Shown: positions 26,461 to 38,461 of the stretch, in pieces
Position numbering within the stretch: position 1 is the first letter of the stretch
Layout: each line of letters opens with the position of its first letter
The notes under the pieces: generated by a model
The model's database searches: none
What the model saw: the letters and a program-made list of their open reading frames with translations, nothing else
Told to the model about the DNA's origin: nothing
Assembly (NCBI RefSeq): GCF_001194135.2
Contig: NC_068984.1
Span: forward strand, 6,137,441 to 6,197,035
Source of the DNA: Octopus bimaculoides
Taxonomy: Eukaryota
DNA length: 59,595 nt
Reading direction: 5' to 3'
Made by a program: the position numbers and the translations under genes

Positions 26461-27606
26461 GGCAAAAGGCATATAACTATGTCTCGTGCAATCCCTATCT
26501 CTCCTATCTTTCTTGGCATCCCTTTCATATTAGCACATGTTACAATAATGGAAACAATTTCAGATAAGCAAACCTGATTTCTCTACCTTCTTCCAAATAT
26601 TCTCCATTTACTCATTTTTCCCAAACCTGTACAACCTCTATGAATGGAGACCTTGATAATAACAGGCACTGGTACCATTGCATAATCTGTTAGAAATAAC
26701 AGACAGATCTCTAAGAAATCAAAAAATGATAATGAATGAAAACCAAACTAAAGACAGGATGGGTATGGATGGAATGCTTCCATGAGAGGTTTGCTCTATC
26801 AGAAATGATCAATGGCTAAACAACAACAATGATAGGCAGTTCATAGGTTTGTTCTATCAGAAGTCACCTGTGGCTAAAGAACACCAATACCAATACCAAC
26901 AAATGACTGTTTGATTTCCACTATGTGTATCATAGAGTTCAGTTTTTAAAAAGCTATAAAAGTCTAACAATAATGATGTTATATACAAGAACCAAGACCA
27001 TTGCCTACTTCATTAATATAGTTAGTTATTTCTGTTAGCCAGTCTTACATTAGTACTTAGTAGAGAAGCTCATTTGAAATGAAGTCTTGTTTTCATACCC
27101 AATAGTGATTTAATTATGAACTGTTACAAACTACAAAACCAAACATTACCTTGTGGAATTTAATTATCAAGTGTACATATTATTGGGTGATAAAGATGAC
27201 GAGGTGAGTGGTTGTGTTGAGTGTGAAACAGTGATGGTGGTTGCGGTGGTGGCAGTGGTGGTGGTGGTGGAGCATGAAAACAAATAGAAGTGAAACCATT
27301 TATATTTATATAACAACAAGTTTGGAAATATTTCAGACAGTAAAAGGATATTTTATTTATCATTAACAAAGGTAGATTAATCTATGTAGATGAACTCAAT
27401 ATAATGGAACAGACTATTAGCTAAGAAAGCGTAGTTTGTGTTGCTGTTGTAATTTGTTGTTGAGAATGGTGATGGTGATGGTGGTGATGGCAGCAGTGGC
27501 AATAATGATGATGATGATGGTAGTAATATATTTTGGAAGTTCTAGGGAGAAATGCTTTTGAATGAAAACAAAGAGCAAGTGTAGAATGTGTATATATGTA
27601 TATAGA

Positions 27607-27872
27607 CAGTAATCCTTCGACTATTATGTATGTTATGTTCCAAAACCCCCAGCGATAGCTGAAAATCCATGACGTAGAAACAGTGCTGTACTGTAAATTT
27701 TTTTGTTTTTATTTTTATAATTTGCATATATTTATTTCATCATAAATGCAAAACAACACCACAGAGGAATTGATGCAAGCTTAAATAATAAACCGCAATA
27801 GGTGAACCGCAAACGGTGAACTGCGGCAGGTGAACCATGATTGGTGAACCATGAAATGGCGAGGGATTACTG
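27607..27872. mobile_element. Tc1/mariner-superfamily (pogo/Tigger-type) MITE, 266 bp
   Basis: TIRs CAGTAATCCTTCG (27607) / CGAGGGATTACTG (27860-27872) followed by TA; the left flank is GA (one TSD base mutated); four GGTGAAC subterminal repeats at 27800-27850. Confidence 0.8.
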
Positions 27873-28194
27873 TATGTACAATCTGGATGAAATAAGTTTG
27901 TATCTGTGGATCTATACTTAAACATAAACACATATGTACTCTCATACACACACACATGCTTACTTATTCATGATTCTCAGCACTTCATATCTGACAAGCA
28001 TAATCTTTTCCTTCTTAGCCTGTTTTCTTTATGGTGTCTCAAAAATTTAGGTATACACTCAATAAAACGGTATTCTCTCAATTTATAGCAACTGAAACAA
28101 AAAAAAAAAATTAATAAGGTCGTTTCCATTGCATGTAAACCCAGCTGCCCTGTTTTCCTTGCTGTACCATTCTAATAATCACTATGTATGTGTG

Positions 28195-28500
28195 TGTGAG
28201 TGTGGCTTAGTGGTTAAGGTATGGCTCATGATTGTTAGGTCATGAGTTCAATTCTGGCAAGGTGTTGTGTTCTTGAGCAAGACACTTTATTTCACATTAC
28301 TCCAGTCCACTCAGCTGGCAAAAATGAGTAGTACCTGTATTTCAAAGGGCCAGCCTTGTCACATTCTGTGTCATGCTGAATCTCACAGTACGTGTGTCTG
28401 TAGAGTGGTCAGCCACTTGCATGTTAATTTCACAACCAGGCGATTCCATTCATCGGATCAACTGGAATGCTTGTCATCGTAATTAATAGAGTGCCAGTTT
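28195..28500 (+). mobile_element. tRNA-derived SINE, family C-like head and core
   Basis: GTGGCTTAGTGGTTAAGG...GAGTTCAATTC...GTGTTCTTGAGCAAGACACTTT...CTCCAGTCCACTCAGCTG. Confidence 0.8.
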
Positions 28501-28504
28501 ATTT

Positions 28505-28549
<45 letters not shown>

Positions 28550-28927
28550 NNNNNNNNNNNNNNNNNNNNNNNNNNNNNNNNNNNNNNNNNNNNNNNNNNN
28601 NNNNNNNNNNNNNNNNNNNNNNNNNNNNNNNNNNNNNNNNNNNNNNNNNNNNNNNNNNNNNNNNNNNNNNNNNNNNNNNNNNNNNNNNNNNNNNNNNNNN
28701 NNNNNNNNNNNNNNNNNNNNNNNNNNNNNNNNNNNNNNNNNNNNNNNNNNNNNNNNNNNNNNNNNNNNNNNNNNNNNNNNNNNNNNNNNNNNNNNNNNNN
28801 NNNNNNNNNNNNNNNNNNNNNNNNNNNNNNNNNNNNNNNNNNNNNNNNNNNNNNNNNNGTGTGTGTGTATTCCTTTGTCTTGACATTTTATGTTAAGAGT
28901 CAACAAGCAACCTATATATATATATAT

Positions 28928-29092
28928 AGGTGTAGGAGAGGCTGTGTGGTAAGTAGCTTGCTTACCAACCACATGGTTCCAGGTTCAGTCCCACTGCATG
29001 GCAACTTAAGCAAGTGTCTTCTACTATAGCCTTGGGCTGACCAAAGCCTTGTGAGTGGATTTGGTAGACGGAAACTGAAAGAAGCCTGTCAT
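28928..29092 (+). mobile_element. tRNA-SINE family B, 5' half, young
   Basis: GGCTGTGTGGTAAGTAGCTTGCTTACCAACCACATGGTTCCAGGTTCAGTCCCACTG..., reverse complement of 57700-57860. Confidence 0.9.
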
Positions 29093-29114
29093 ATATATTA
29101 TATATATATATATA

Positions 29115-29410
29115 TCATCATCATCATCATCGTTTAACGTCCATTTTCCATGCTGGCATGGGCTGGATGGTGTGACTGATCTGGCAATGTTTCTAGAGCT
29201 GGATGCCCTTCCGAATGCCAGCCACTCCGGACGTGTTGTGGGTGCTTTTTACATGCTGCCACTGGCACAGGAGCCAGTCAGGTGCTACTGGCATTTGTCA
29301 CATTTGGATGTTGCTTTTTATGTGCCACTGGCACGGGCATCGATCAAGCATTCCTGGCATCGATTATGTTTGAGTAGTGCTTTTTATGTGCCACCAGGCA
29401 TAGGTCACAT
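29115..29410 (-). mobile_element. RTE-type 3' end including 3'UTR sub-repeats
   Basis: (CAT)n-CGTTTAACGTCCATTTTCCATGCTGGCATGGG...; three TTTTAYRTGCCAC-type sub-repeats. Confidence 0.85.
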
Positions 29411-30617
29411 TTCCACAACTTAAAATGGTCAGAAATTGTCCGGTAATTGCCATTTGAATGGAAATTTTGTTTTCACTATAAAACACATATTGCTAGGTTT
29501 ATACCCTTCCCCTTGAGACCCAGCTACACTTTAGATGAAAAAAAAAACAGAATGCCTCATGAGTAATATAAACGTCCTAATTTCAGTGGCTGTTTTAATG
29601 AAGATGTTATGTGTTAATTTAATGTGTTAAATTTATCTTTATTAATGTATATCAAATTATTCAAAGATATATACATGATTTACACAGATATAAGGGTTAG
29701 AACCTGTGATCTGCTCGTGGACCTTTTCCTTTGGAAATTTTTGCCCACTGCTCTAAAAAAGTTTCCCCATCTCTGCTCTACATCTTCTAAATTACAGAGA
29801 TTTAATAGTAATATATGTCACATGAATAGAGAAGACAATATTTGTTGACTTTCAAAGAAAGGAACCTGAGACTTAAAACTGGTTTCTTGTTACTGACAGA
29901 CTGTTAGTGTATTAAATTAGAGAGGCCTCAGGACAGGGCAAATAAAAATTGTTTTTTTTTTTTAATTTTTATCTGGTTCTTTTTTGTTGTGCTCGTTTTT
30001 AGAATGTTTAAAATAAACTAATTCTGTGCATTTAAATTTAAATGTTTAATATTTTAATATTTTATGTAAATCTGTTTGTTGAGGCCAAGTAAATGATATT
30101 TAGCCTTGCATTCGCTTGAGAAGATGGAGATATGGTGAAGTTTAGCTATGCTGGTACAGATATATTAGCAGCATAGTAATGGTTATAGTGGTGGTTGTGG
30201 TGTGGCGGATAGTAGAGAGATGGTAGAGATTGGTGGTGCAGAGATGTTGGTGAAATGGCAGAGGTGAGAGTGTGGTGGTTGAGATGTAAATGAGAGTTAA
30301 TGGAAACAAATTAGAAAAGATCTCCAATGAATTAGTGATAACAATCACTAGACTCACCATGACCACCTCAGTCACTAAGACCACCACAACACCAATCACT
30401 ACAAAAAAAAAAAAAACAACTACTACAATCATCATCATTATCATTATCGTCAACCTCAGTTTAACAAGATTTTTTTCAATGAAGTCATGAGTTAAACAGA
30501 ATAAAAGAGATAGTGTCCTTTTCTATTTTTGTTTTTAATTAAACTGAGAAACAGAAAAACAAAACCAAAGAAGAAAGCAACAGTTAACCCCAGTCATAAA
30601 ATATAGTAGGAAAATTG

Positions 30618-30659
<42 letters not shown>

Positions 30660-30989
30660 AGATAGCATAAACTAAAGTAAAGTTGGTAATCAGCAGAAAT
30701 CATTAGGCCCATTATATACATCTCAACTAGAATTATGTTATGCAAATAGTAGCCAAGGGGTGAAGTTATTAGTATAATTAGAAGTGTCAGCTTTTTCAGT
30801 GTCAAGCCTTTTTAGGAAGCATGGTTTAGTTTTCACTTTCTGTCTTGTTATATTTATCAGAAATGTGAAAATTTGCAACTCAACTACCTTACAATTTTAC
30901 CTACAATCAACAGAAGACTAACTTTACGTTTCTGCCATCAACAATGCATCGCAACTCAGTCAAAGGGTCTTGTTTTGTGAGCTATTTGG

Positions 30990-31192
30990 TAACCTCACAT
31001 GCTGATACCATGATAAAAAGGCACCCAGTACACTCTGTAAAGTGGCTGGCATTAGGAAGGGCATCCCAGCCAGAGAAACCATGTCAAAGCCAACATTGGA
31101 GCTCAACACAGTCCTCTGGCTTGTCAAATCTTGTAGAGCTGACCAACTCATGCCAGCATAGGACATGGACATTAAATGATGGTGATGATGAT
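30990..31192 (+). mobile_element. RTE-type 3' end, diverged
   Basis: AAAAAGGCACCCAGTACACTCTGTAAAGTGGCTGGCATTAGGAAGGGCATCC...CATGCCAGCAT...ATTAAATGATGGTGATGATG. Similar copies at about 440-520, 5600-5740, 22400-22530, 33295-33520 and 49720-49860. Confidence 0.8.
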
Positions 31193-31399
31193 GTCACTAT
31201 AGGAAATATTGTATCTTCACTACACCAGACCGACAACTATATGATATCTTAATTTTGATATATATAATTTATCAGCACTTCCTTAAATTTCTACACCTGT
31301 CAAACCCTACATCCAAGGATACTTTACTACTGGGGCATTTAAAAATTCAGAAAATGTTATTTTATCTATCCTAACAGATTGGTTACTTAAACTAATGAG

Positions 31400-31600
31400 G
31401 AAATCTTTATGTGACCACTTAACCTGCAAGAAATAGCAACCAAATATAGGCTCCCTCAAACACACCTACTATCTTAAAAGCAGGAAAAGGCACTTTAGAT
31501 AGTGTAATTTTAAATAGCCCTAAAAAGATGGGATGGTCAACACTAGATCATGTGTTTGCCGAATCAGGGAAGACCTGGGGTTAAACAATAACAACAACAA
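31400..31600 (+). mobile_element. Old interspersed repeat family D with (CAA)n tail (unclassified SINE/LINE 3' end)
   Basis: GCAAGAAATAGCAACCAAA...CCCTCAAACACACC...ATCTTAAAA...GGGATGGTCA...GACCTGGGGTTAAACAATAACAACAAC; many diverged copies in the window (see findings). Confidence 0.7.
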
Positions 31601-31814
31601 ATGACTGGTCTCTATGCTGTCTACCTTGTATTATGGTATACATGTCATCATAAAAGACTCCTTATCTAACTATAGGCTTTGTTTAATGTTTCTTTAACAT
31701 CAGCTATCTTTACAGTTACCAAATATTTACAGCATCGAATCACAGAGTTCAAAAGAGACAGATTAATACAGGTTATCCAGGTCAAGTTAATGAGCTAAAA
31801 GTGAGATATTAGAG

Positions 31815-32065
31815 ATGAGCAATCACCACCACCACCACCATCACCATCACCACCACTGGCATTGCTTTCATCAACATCCTCCCCACCACTGCCACCATCG
31901 CTATCATCATCATCTTCACCACCACCAAAACTACCACCACCATCAAAACTACCACCACCACTACCACCTTTATTGTCATCTTCACCACTGACTGCTACCA
32001 CCATCCCCATTTTCATTATCATAATCACCACCACCATTACCTCTACTACCACCAACACCACCACC
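31815..32065. repeat. Low-complexity (CCA/TCA)n region
   Basis: Direct reading; source of the P/S-rich and G/D-rich ORFs. Confidence 0.9.
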
Positions 32066-34144
32066 AAGCACAGACATAGAATAAGTGATGGCTCATAATC
32101 GGAATACCAAACTAAATTCTATTTATAATTGATGAGCTCCGTATTGGCTTATAGACCTGACTTTGAATAGTGCCAAGAGAGCCAAATGTGATTTAGCTTT
32201 TCATCTTTGTTCAGCTTAAAAAGAAGGTCAATAAATTAAGCATTAAAAGTGATAAACAACAACAAAAAAGCTTCTTTTTTTTTTTATTAGAGCCAAAGGC
32301 CAAATAAGTTAAGGGTGGGATGCTTCCCTCAGCAATACTAGTTGATAGAATATTAAAGAAAAGTGAAGTGGTTTCAGTTAGGAAGTGAAACTGTGTTGCT
32401 GTATTGACACACTTGTAATGAACCCAACTTAGCTTTTATTCAACAATTCTCATCAAACAACCTAAAACCAAAGTAGGTGCCTCTACATGGTTGATTGTCT
32501 TGCAAGAAATAACAACCAAATCTATCACATCAAACCCTAATGTTATTGTTTAAAAAAAAAAAGATATATTGGGATAGGATAGTTTAAGATAAATTATGAT
32601 ATGATGGTCATGACTGGAATGTCTTTGATTATACAGGTCAGCTGGATCAGGGCTAAACAATAGGAACATGTTGAGTTTGTGGTTGATATTTCTCACTTGA
32701 TTAAGGATCAACTGAAACACCATCAACCAATAAGCAGGAGGAATCGGAGAACCACAGCTAGTTGTATCACTGCCATTCTTACCACCACCACCATCACCAC
32801 AACTATCACTGACATTCTCCATCTTACTCCGCTCACCCTCCCTCACCTGATCAACTGATTGACCAACTGTCCATTAACAAACTTGGCTCCTATATTTTAT
32901 TCTCAGAGATAACAACTTCTTTTCTGAATAAATCTATCATGAAAAGAAATCAAATATGATAAAGAAATTAATTGCCGGCCACCAATACTTAGTTGCATGC
33001 TATCCAACCTTATTAAAGATTCATCAATATGTACCAATATTAAATGGTATGCTCTTAGCTATATTTGTATTTGTAGTTGTAAGGTAGCGACAGTCATAAA
33101 AACTGTTGTCTACTTTGTTACATCTCAAATATAGTGATAATATCATAGTGGAAAGGCTTGCTTATATGCTCTGCAACACCGTTGTGGTAATTTTTGTTGA
33201 TGAGAGGGTTTGTTGTTGCTGTTCTCATTTCCCAGCATTAAGCTGCTTCCTTCCCTAATGTAGCCCCACTTAACTGACGGGAATCTTAGTCTGTCGAGCT
33301 ACATGGTAACTTTGCTAGTGCTGGTACTACACAAGAAACACCTTATATACTTTGTAAAATAGCTGGCATTAGAAAGAGCATCCAGCTGTAGAAACCCTAC
33401 CAGAGTACACATTGGAGCATGATTTAGTCCTTACATTCAATGAATCCTATTAAACCATCCAACCTATGCCAGCATGACAGATAGAATATTAAAAGAAGAT
33501 GATGATGACAATGATGAAGAAAAAGTTTGGAGAAAGTAGAGGTGGTCTGCATCAACAAAAATTATACAGTGAAGTTGTTGAGTCTGGATGAGTTTGCATG
33601 TTGTGCAGAAAAGAAGATAGCGATAGTTGGAACTGAGACTTCATCTTAAACAAATTCTTTCGTGTCAGCTAATGCATCAGTTCTGTAACGTTAAATTCTT
33701 CATCTCATGAACATAACTAATTTCATGACCATGTATCCTTCCTTTATTTAAGGCTGTAGTGTGTGATTGAGGGACATTTAGCTGCCAGCTGAGCAATGTC
33801 AAATTAGAAGCAGTCTGGTTGGTTTATGTTGTGTTTGGTGATGGTGGTGGTTGTAATGATGTTAAGGTACTTTCATAGGCTTTGTGGTAGTTTTGTACTT
33901 CTTATTTCCATGCTTTTGTTATTGTAGTTATGGCATTTTGCTAGTGTACTTATTGCTTCTATTGCAGTGACACACTCTATTTTGTCCTTAATTCTTTTAA
34001 GATGATGAGTTGCAATTTTTGCGAGATTTGACTGATATTTCTAGCAAGCACAGTGACTATGAAAAGGCTTCTTTACTGCTGTTGCTTTTTATTATCCTCA
34101 AGAAATATCTTGAATAAATTCACCCTCCTACATCTGTCCTTTAA

Positions 34145-34366
34145 CCCTTTTGATACCAACCCACCTGAAATCACTTCTGGCTTTGTAGTACAAATGTCTT
34201 GTTTTCAAAAGTTCTGAATTAAAATGTTCCCCCAAACCTTAGCCATAATTTATATTCCTAACACTAGCTTAATGATAACAAAGTTATTTTACTAAATTTT
34301 TTGTTATATTCAAAATTAATTGAAAGAAACACAAAGCATCTCAACAGAAATATGATAACAAAAGGG
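34145..34366. mobile_element. piggyBac-superfamily MITE, 222 bp
   Basis: TTAA|CCCTTTTGATACC ... GATAACAAAAGGG|TTAA; TTAA TSD at 34141-34144 and 34367-34370; CCC/GGG termini are diagnostic of piggyBac. Confidence 0.9.
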
Positions 34367-34539
34367 TTAAACTATTCAAAAGCCAGCCATCATCGCAAAT
34401 GAGAATGACTTGTTTGCAAATACCATGGATTTGCTAATTGTTTTAAATGATTATGTCGTGGTGATCAGACATAAGCATGCTCTCCCTATCACCTTCTAAC
34501 CCAGTGGCACACTCTGGATGTGATAGCTGCTGCAATACT

Positions 34540-34689
34540 GAAACAGTGTTCATTTTTAGCGAAGTGGACTGAAACCACACAAAATGAAGTGCCTTGATCA
34601 AGGACAGAACATGCAGCCTGGTCCAGGAATTGAATTCACAATCTTGTGATTGCAAACCAAACACCTAAAAACCACAAGGCCACATACCT
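34540..34689 (-). mobile_element. tRNA-SINE family C, 5' part
   Basis: Reverse complement of the head/core (GTGGACTGAAACCAC...AGTGCCTTGATCAAGGACAGAAC...GGAATTGAATTCAC...ACCACAAGGCCACAT). Confidence 0.75.
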
Positions 34690-34849
34690 ACACTCGTAAG
34701 TTATATACTCGTATTGTTTGTAAGTATGGAAAACATCATTAATTGCTGTTGTAGTTTTTATGGCGGTGACGTGGCCATTTAGTTGCTGTAACTGATGTTG
34801 CCAACAGTATATCTCATATCATTAAAGTGAACAATAACCAGAGAGACAC

Positions 34850-35300
34850 ATAGTGATGGCAATAGTGGTAATGGTAGTAATGATGGTAGCATATTAAATA
34901 AATAGTGATGATGATGATGATGATGATGATGAAGAGGAGAAGGAGGAGGAGGAAATGGAGCAAAAGAAAAAAAGAATTCAGAAGAGGCAAAAAATAAAAT
35001 CCTGGCAGTGAGGTCTTCACAGATGTTATTATTGCCTCTTTTAAATGTTTACAGACATGATGATGATGATGACGATGATGATAGTGACGATGATGGTGAT
35101 TATTATGGTGTTGGTGTTGGTGGTGGTGGTTGTGGTGGTGTTGGCGTCGTTAATGGTGATGATGGCCACAACAACAGCAGCAGCAGCTGCAACATTTTAA
35201 ATGGATGTAATATTAGTAGAGCTGAAGGTGATAATGATGCTAATAGAACTGGTGGTGAAACTATGAAGTTCTATAATGAATGTAATGCTAGTGCTAATAA
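34850..35300. repeat. Low-complexity (GAT/GGT)n region
   Basis: Direct reading; source of the poly-D/G ORF at 35008-35379. Confidence 0.85.
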
Positions 35301-35985
35301 CTACTTACATGCATACGCATATGTGACATATACACACACATATACACATATGCACATATGTATACATATATATATATGACATATACTCACACACAAATAG
35401 TTAACAAATTTTCTCAATATTCTTTCTTCTTCTTCTCCTCTTGCTTCTAACGTTCTCCTCCATATCCACACATTTTTTTTCTTCATTATTGATCAATCAA
35501 CTCATAAAAGAGACAGACAGACAGATATTCAAATGGCCAGACTGATTCAGATGTTCAAAGTAAGTCCAAAGTCCTTTGTTTGGAAATTAAAATTCAATAG
35601 CATTTATCTGTAGAGTGTAGTGGACGAATAACGTCACAGCAATGCCATCACCATCAACAATGTCTTGAGCATGGTAGATGATGCGATCCTGGGTTCCTTG
35701 CATACAGAAAAAAATATGGACTGGTCAAAGTAGCAACATTGGTCAGCTCAGTCAGGGTTGACAGAGAACTAAGCAACAAAAACAACAACTGCAACTAACA
35801 CAATTTCACCTATCAAACACAACAACTATCTTCCAACTAGCATCAACATCATCATCATGATCATGCTGGCATGAGATGGATGGTTTGACAGGAGTTGTAA
35901 TATGTTACAGACTTTCAGCTGTATAATACAAATAGCAGTAATGTGTTGAGTTTGATTCAGTTATCTCCACTACTCATCTATATGT

Positions 35986-36077
35986 GAAAGCACATGGCCT
36001 AGTGGTTAGAGCAGCAGATTCGTGGTCGAGGGATCACAGGTTCGAATCTCAGACCAGGCGATGTATGTGTTTATGAG
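35986..36077 (+). mobile_element. Truncated tRNA-derived SINE head
   Basis: A box TGGCCTAGTGG (35995-36005) and B box GGTTCGAATC (36039-36048); ends abruptly at the GC-rich repeat. Confidence 0.8.
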
Positions 36078-36780
36078 TGCTTCTTCTTTCTCGTCCGCCT
36101 AGGCCGCCGTGTAATGCACACACACAGACACACCACACTCCTGGCCGACAGCGCTTTCGATCACAAACTCACGGGTACGGTACCGGCCGCGTGGCTCGTA
36201 TCGCAGCCGACACATCTGCCTTTCCATCGCGCCGGCGGTTCGGCGGCGGCATTCCGCCGCCGAGGCGTCGCTCTCAATTCAGCCGCTTTCGATCGGCTCT
36301 GTGGGTACGCGGCGGCGCCCGGCCGGCCGACCGTCTGCCTTTCAATCGGCTGCGGTTCGGGGTGCGGGTCATAGGGAACGACCGTCCGATCGACGACTAC
36401 NNNNNNNNNNNNNNNNNNNNNNNNNNNNNNNNNNNNNNNNNNNNNNNNNNNNNNNNNNNNNNNNNNNNNNNNNNNNNNNNNNNNNNNNNNNNNNNNNNNN
36501 NNNNNNNNNNNNNNTGGCCGACAGCGCTTTCGATCACAAACTCACGGGTACGGTACCGGCCGCGTGGCTCGTATCGCAGCCGACACATCGGCCTTTCCAT
36601 CGTGCCGGCGGTTCGGTGGCAGCAGTCCGCCGCCGAGGCGTCCGCATTCTCTTTGCTCGCTCCCAATCGCTTCCTTCTCGCTGCTGCTGCCGCCACGACT
36701 CGCTCGGCCTGCTTCTTCTTTCTCGTTCGCCTAGGCCGCCGTGTAACACACACACAGACACACACACACTCTCGGCACTC
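36078..36780. repeat. GC/CpG-rich modular tandem repeat: A-B-C-[gap]-B'-D-A'
   Basis: A (36078-36142) recurs at 36710-36775; B (36143-about 36268) recurs at 36516-about 36640; C is a diverged paralogue of B. Hand count 186/280 = 66% GC over 36121-36400. Confidence 0.9.
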
Positions 36781-36946
36781 CATTGCCTGTTGATAATATA
36801 CCTGTCATGTGACAGGGTTGTTTCGATTATATGTAGTTATTCCTTTCTATTTAGAGATTAATTTTATGTTTATCTAAAAGATGTTGAAAATCACAGAGAA
36901 AGAAAGTAGCATTTATACAATACACATGCATACATACATGCACGTG

Positions 36947-37001
<55 letters not shown>

Positions 37002-37269
37002 AATATGTCTATGTTTCAAGCTGGCATGGGATGGGTGATTTGACAGGACCTTACATGTCCAAAGAGTGCATCATGCCCCAATGGGCATACTGGATGCCTT
37101 TTTGTGAGACCAGTGCTGATGAGATCACTAGGAGATGCTTTATATGTTCCTATAAAGTAAGAGAAAGTGAGAACAACATAGAAAACAAGGTGACAGAAAA
37201 GAGAGAGACAGAGTAAGAAAAATAGACTGACAGATCTATGAGATTTTGATACACTGTAGTTTGTTGTTA

Positions 37270-37460
37270 TTAAAACCAAGGTCAGCTGCAATCCAGCAGA
37301 CTTATAACCAAAGATGCTCCAACTTTTGTTAACAGGCTTATTTGTTAAGCATAATATATCTAGACCTGTACTATCCAATAAGTTCTTTGCTTTTTAAGAC
37401 AACAGAATGCAATTTGTGGGAGATTTGACTGATATTTCTAGCAGTGCAAGTGACCATATA
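37270..37460 (-). mobile_element. Repeat family D copy
   Basis: Preceded by a TTGTTG tail; GGGAGATTTGACTGATATTTCTAGCAG...GTGACC block is the reverse complement of the family D core. Confidence 0.65.
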
Positions 37461-38461
37461 CTTGTTGCTGTTTGGAGTATTATTTTTTTAATTATTTGTT
37501 CCAATATGGTGTCATACATCAATGGGTGCTAGCCTCTGCCTGCCGAAACATTGTAACTTATTGCATTATAGCATGTTCTTTATTCTAAAATTGACAATTT
37601 GAATTATTCCATTTATGAGGTAAATTCTTTTGATCTAAAATCACAGAGGTTGTGCAAAATAGTCAGTCTGCTGCCACTATTTTATAGCTAGCTAGCATTT
37701 CGATTTTTCTCTTGGTACCTTCTTGCATATTATGCCACTAATCTCTTTGCTTACCACTGACACATGAATATCACAAGTGCTCATTTCACTGAACAAACAT
37801 CTTAGACATTATTGCCCATTATGTAAGAAATCGTTATTTTATATTAACTTAGCTTCCTAAATGGTAATTAGTTTTGCAAATCATTTAAAATCAATAATTG
37901 GATTTTTGTAATATTACCACTGTAATCTATTGTTACTGAACACCATGGTGGCTGATAGTAAATCCTGAAGCGAAACATCAGACATTAAAGTCTAGCAAAT
38001 ACAGACTCTATTAAAATAGATACATAGGTTGATAGATGAGTTCATAGTTGTAGTAGTCAAGGTAAGTTTAAGGAGAAAAGCTTGTCAGAATTTTTTCATT
38101 TTTCTTTCACATCCATTTCTCTTGAAGTGTTATCTTTTTTTATGAGAGTAATCAGTTTTGCCCTGGGATGCCCTTCAAGCTGATAACCACAAAATAGAGA
38201 ATAGTTGGGTTGGGCAAACTAGATCAAAAAAAGGTTGTGTTTCACTCAGATGCATAATGGGACGATAGGAATATCAGAATTTATGACAATGTGGTTAGTT
38301 GTGTAACATCTTAACATCAAAGGCATTTTATTCCAACCAAGTTATTCCTAAAAAATTTCAAGTGATTGAAATACATACAGTCCTTCTTGACCTAACTATT
38401 CAGCATGGTTACAATGATGATGATAATGATAATGGCACCTCAAAGCTATTTTTTTTTTATC

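Noticed and set aside
35986-36077. tRNA gene
   Set aside because: A and B boxes are present but there is no complete cloverleaf or acceptor stem; it continues as SINE sequence. The same applies to all SINE heads in the window.
36078-36780. Hammerhead ribozyme / retrozyme
   Set aside because: No CUGAnGA...GAAA core on either strand in the sequenced parts. The CTGATGA hits elsewhere (about 102, 5736, 37117, 45155, 47148) lack a GAAAC partner stem. The unsequenced gap cannot be assessed.
36077-36793. 238-aa ORF or CpG-island promoter of a gene
   Set aside because: The ORF is open only because it runs through the N-gap and GC-rich repeats. The duplicated modular structure indicates a repeat rather than a first exon.
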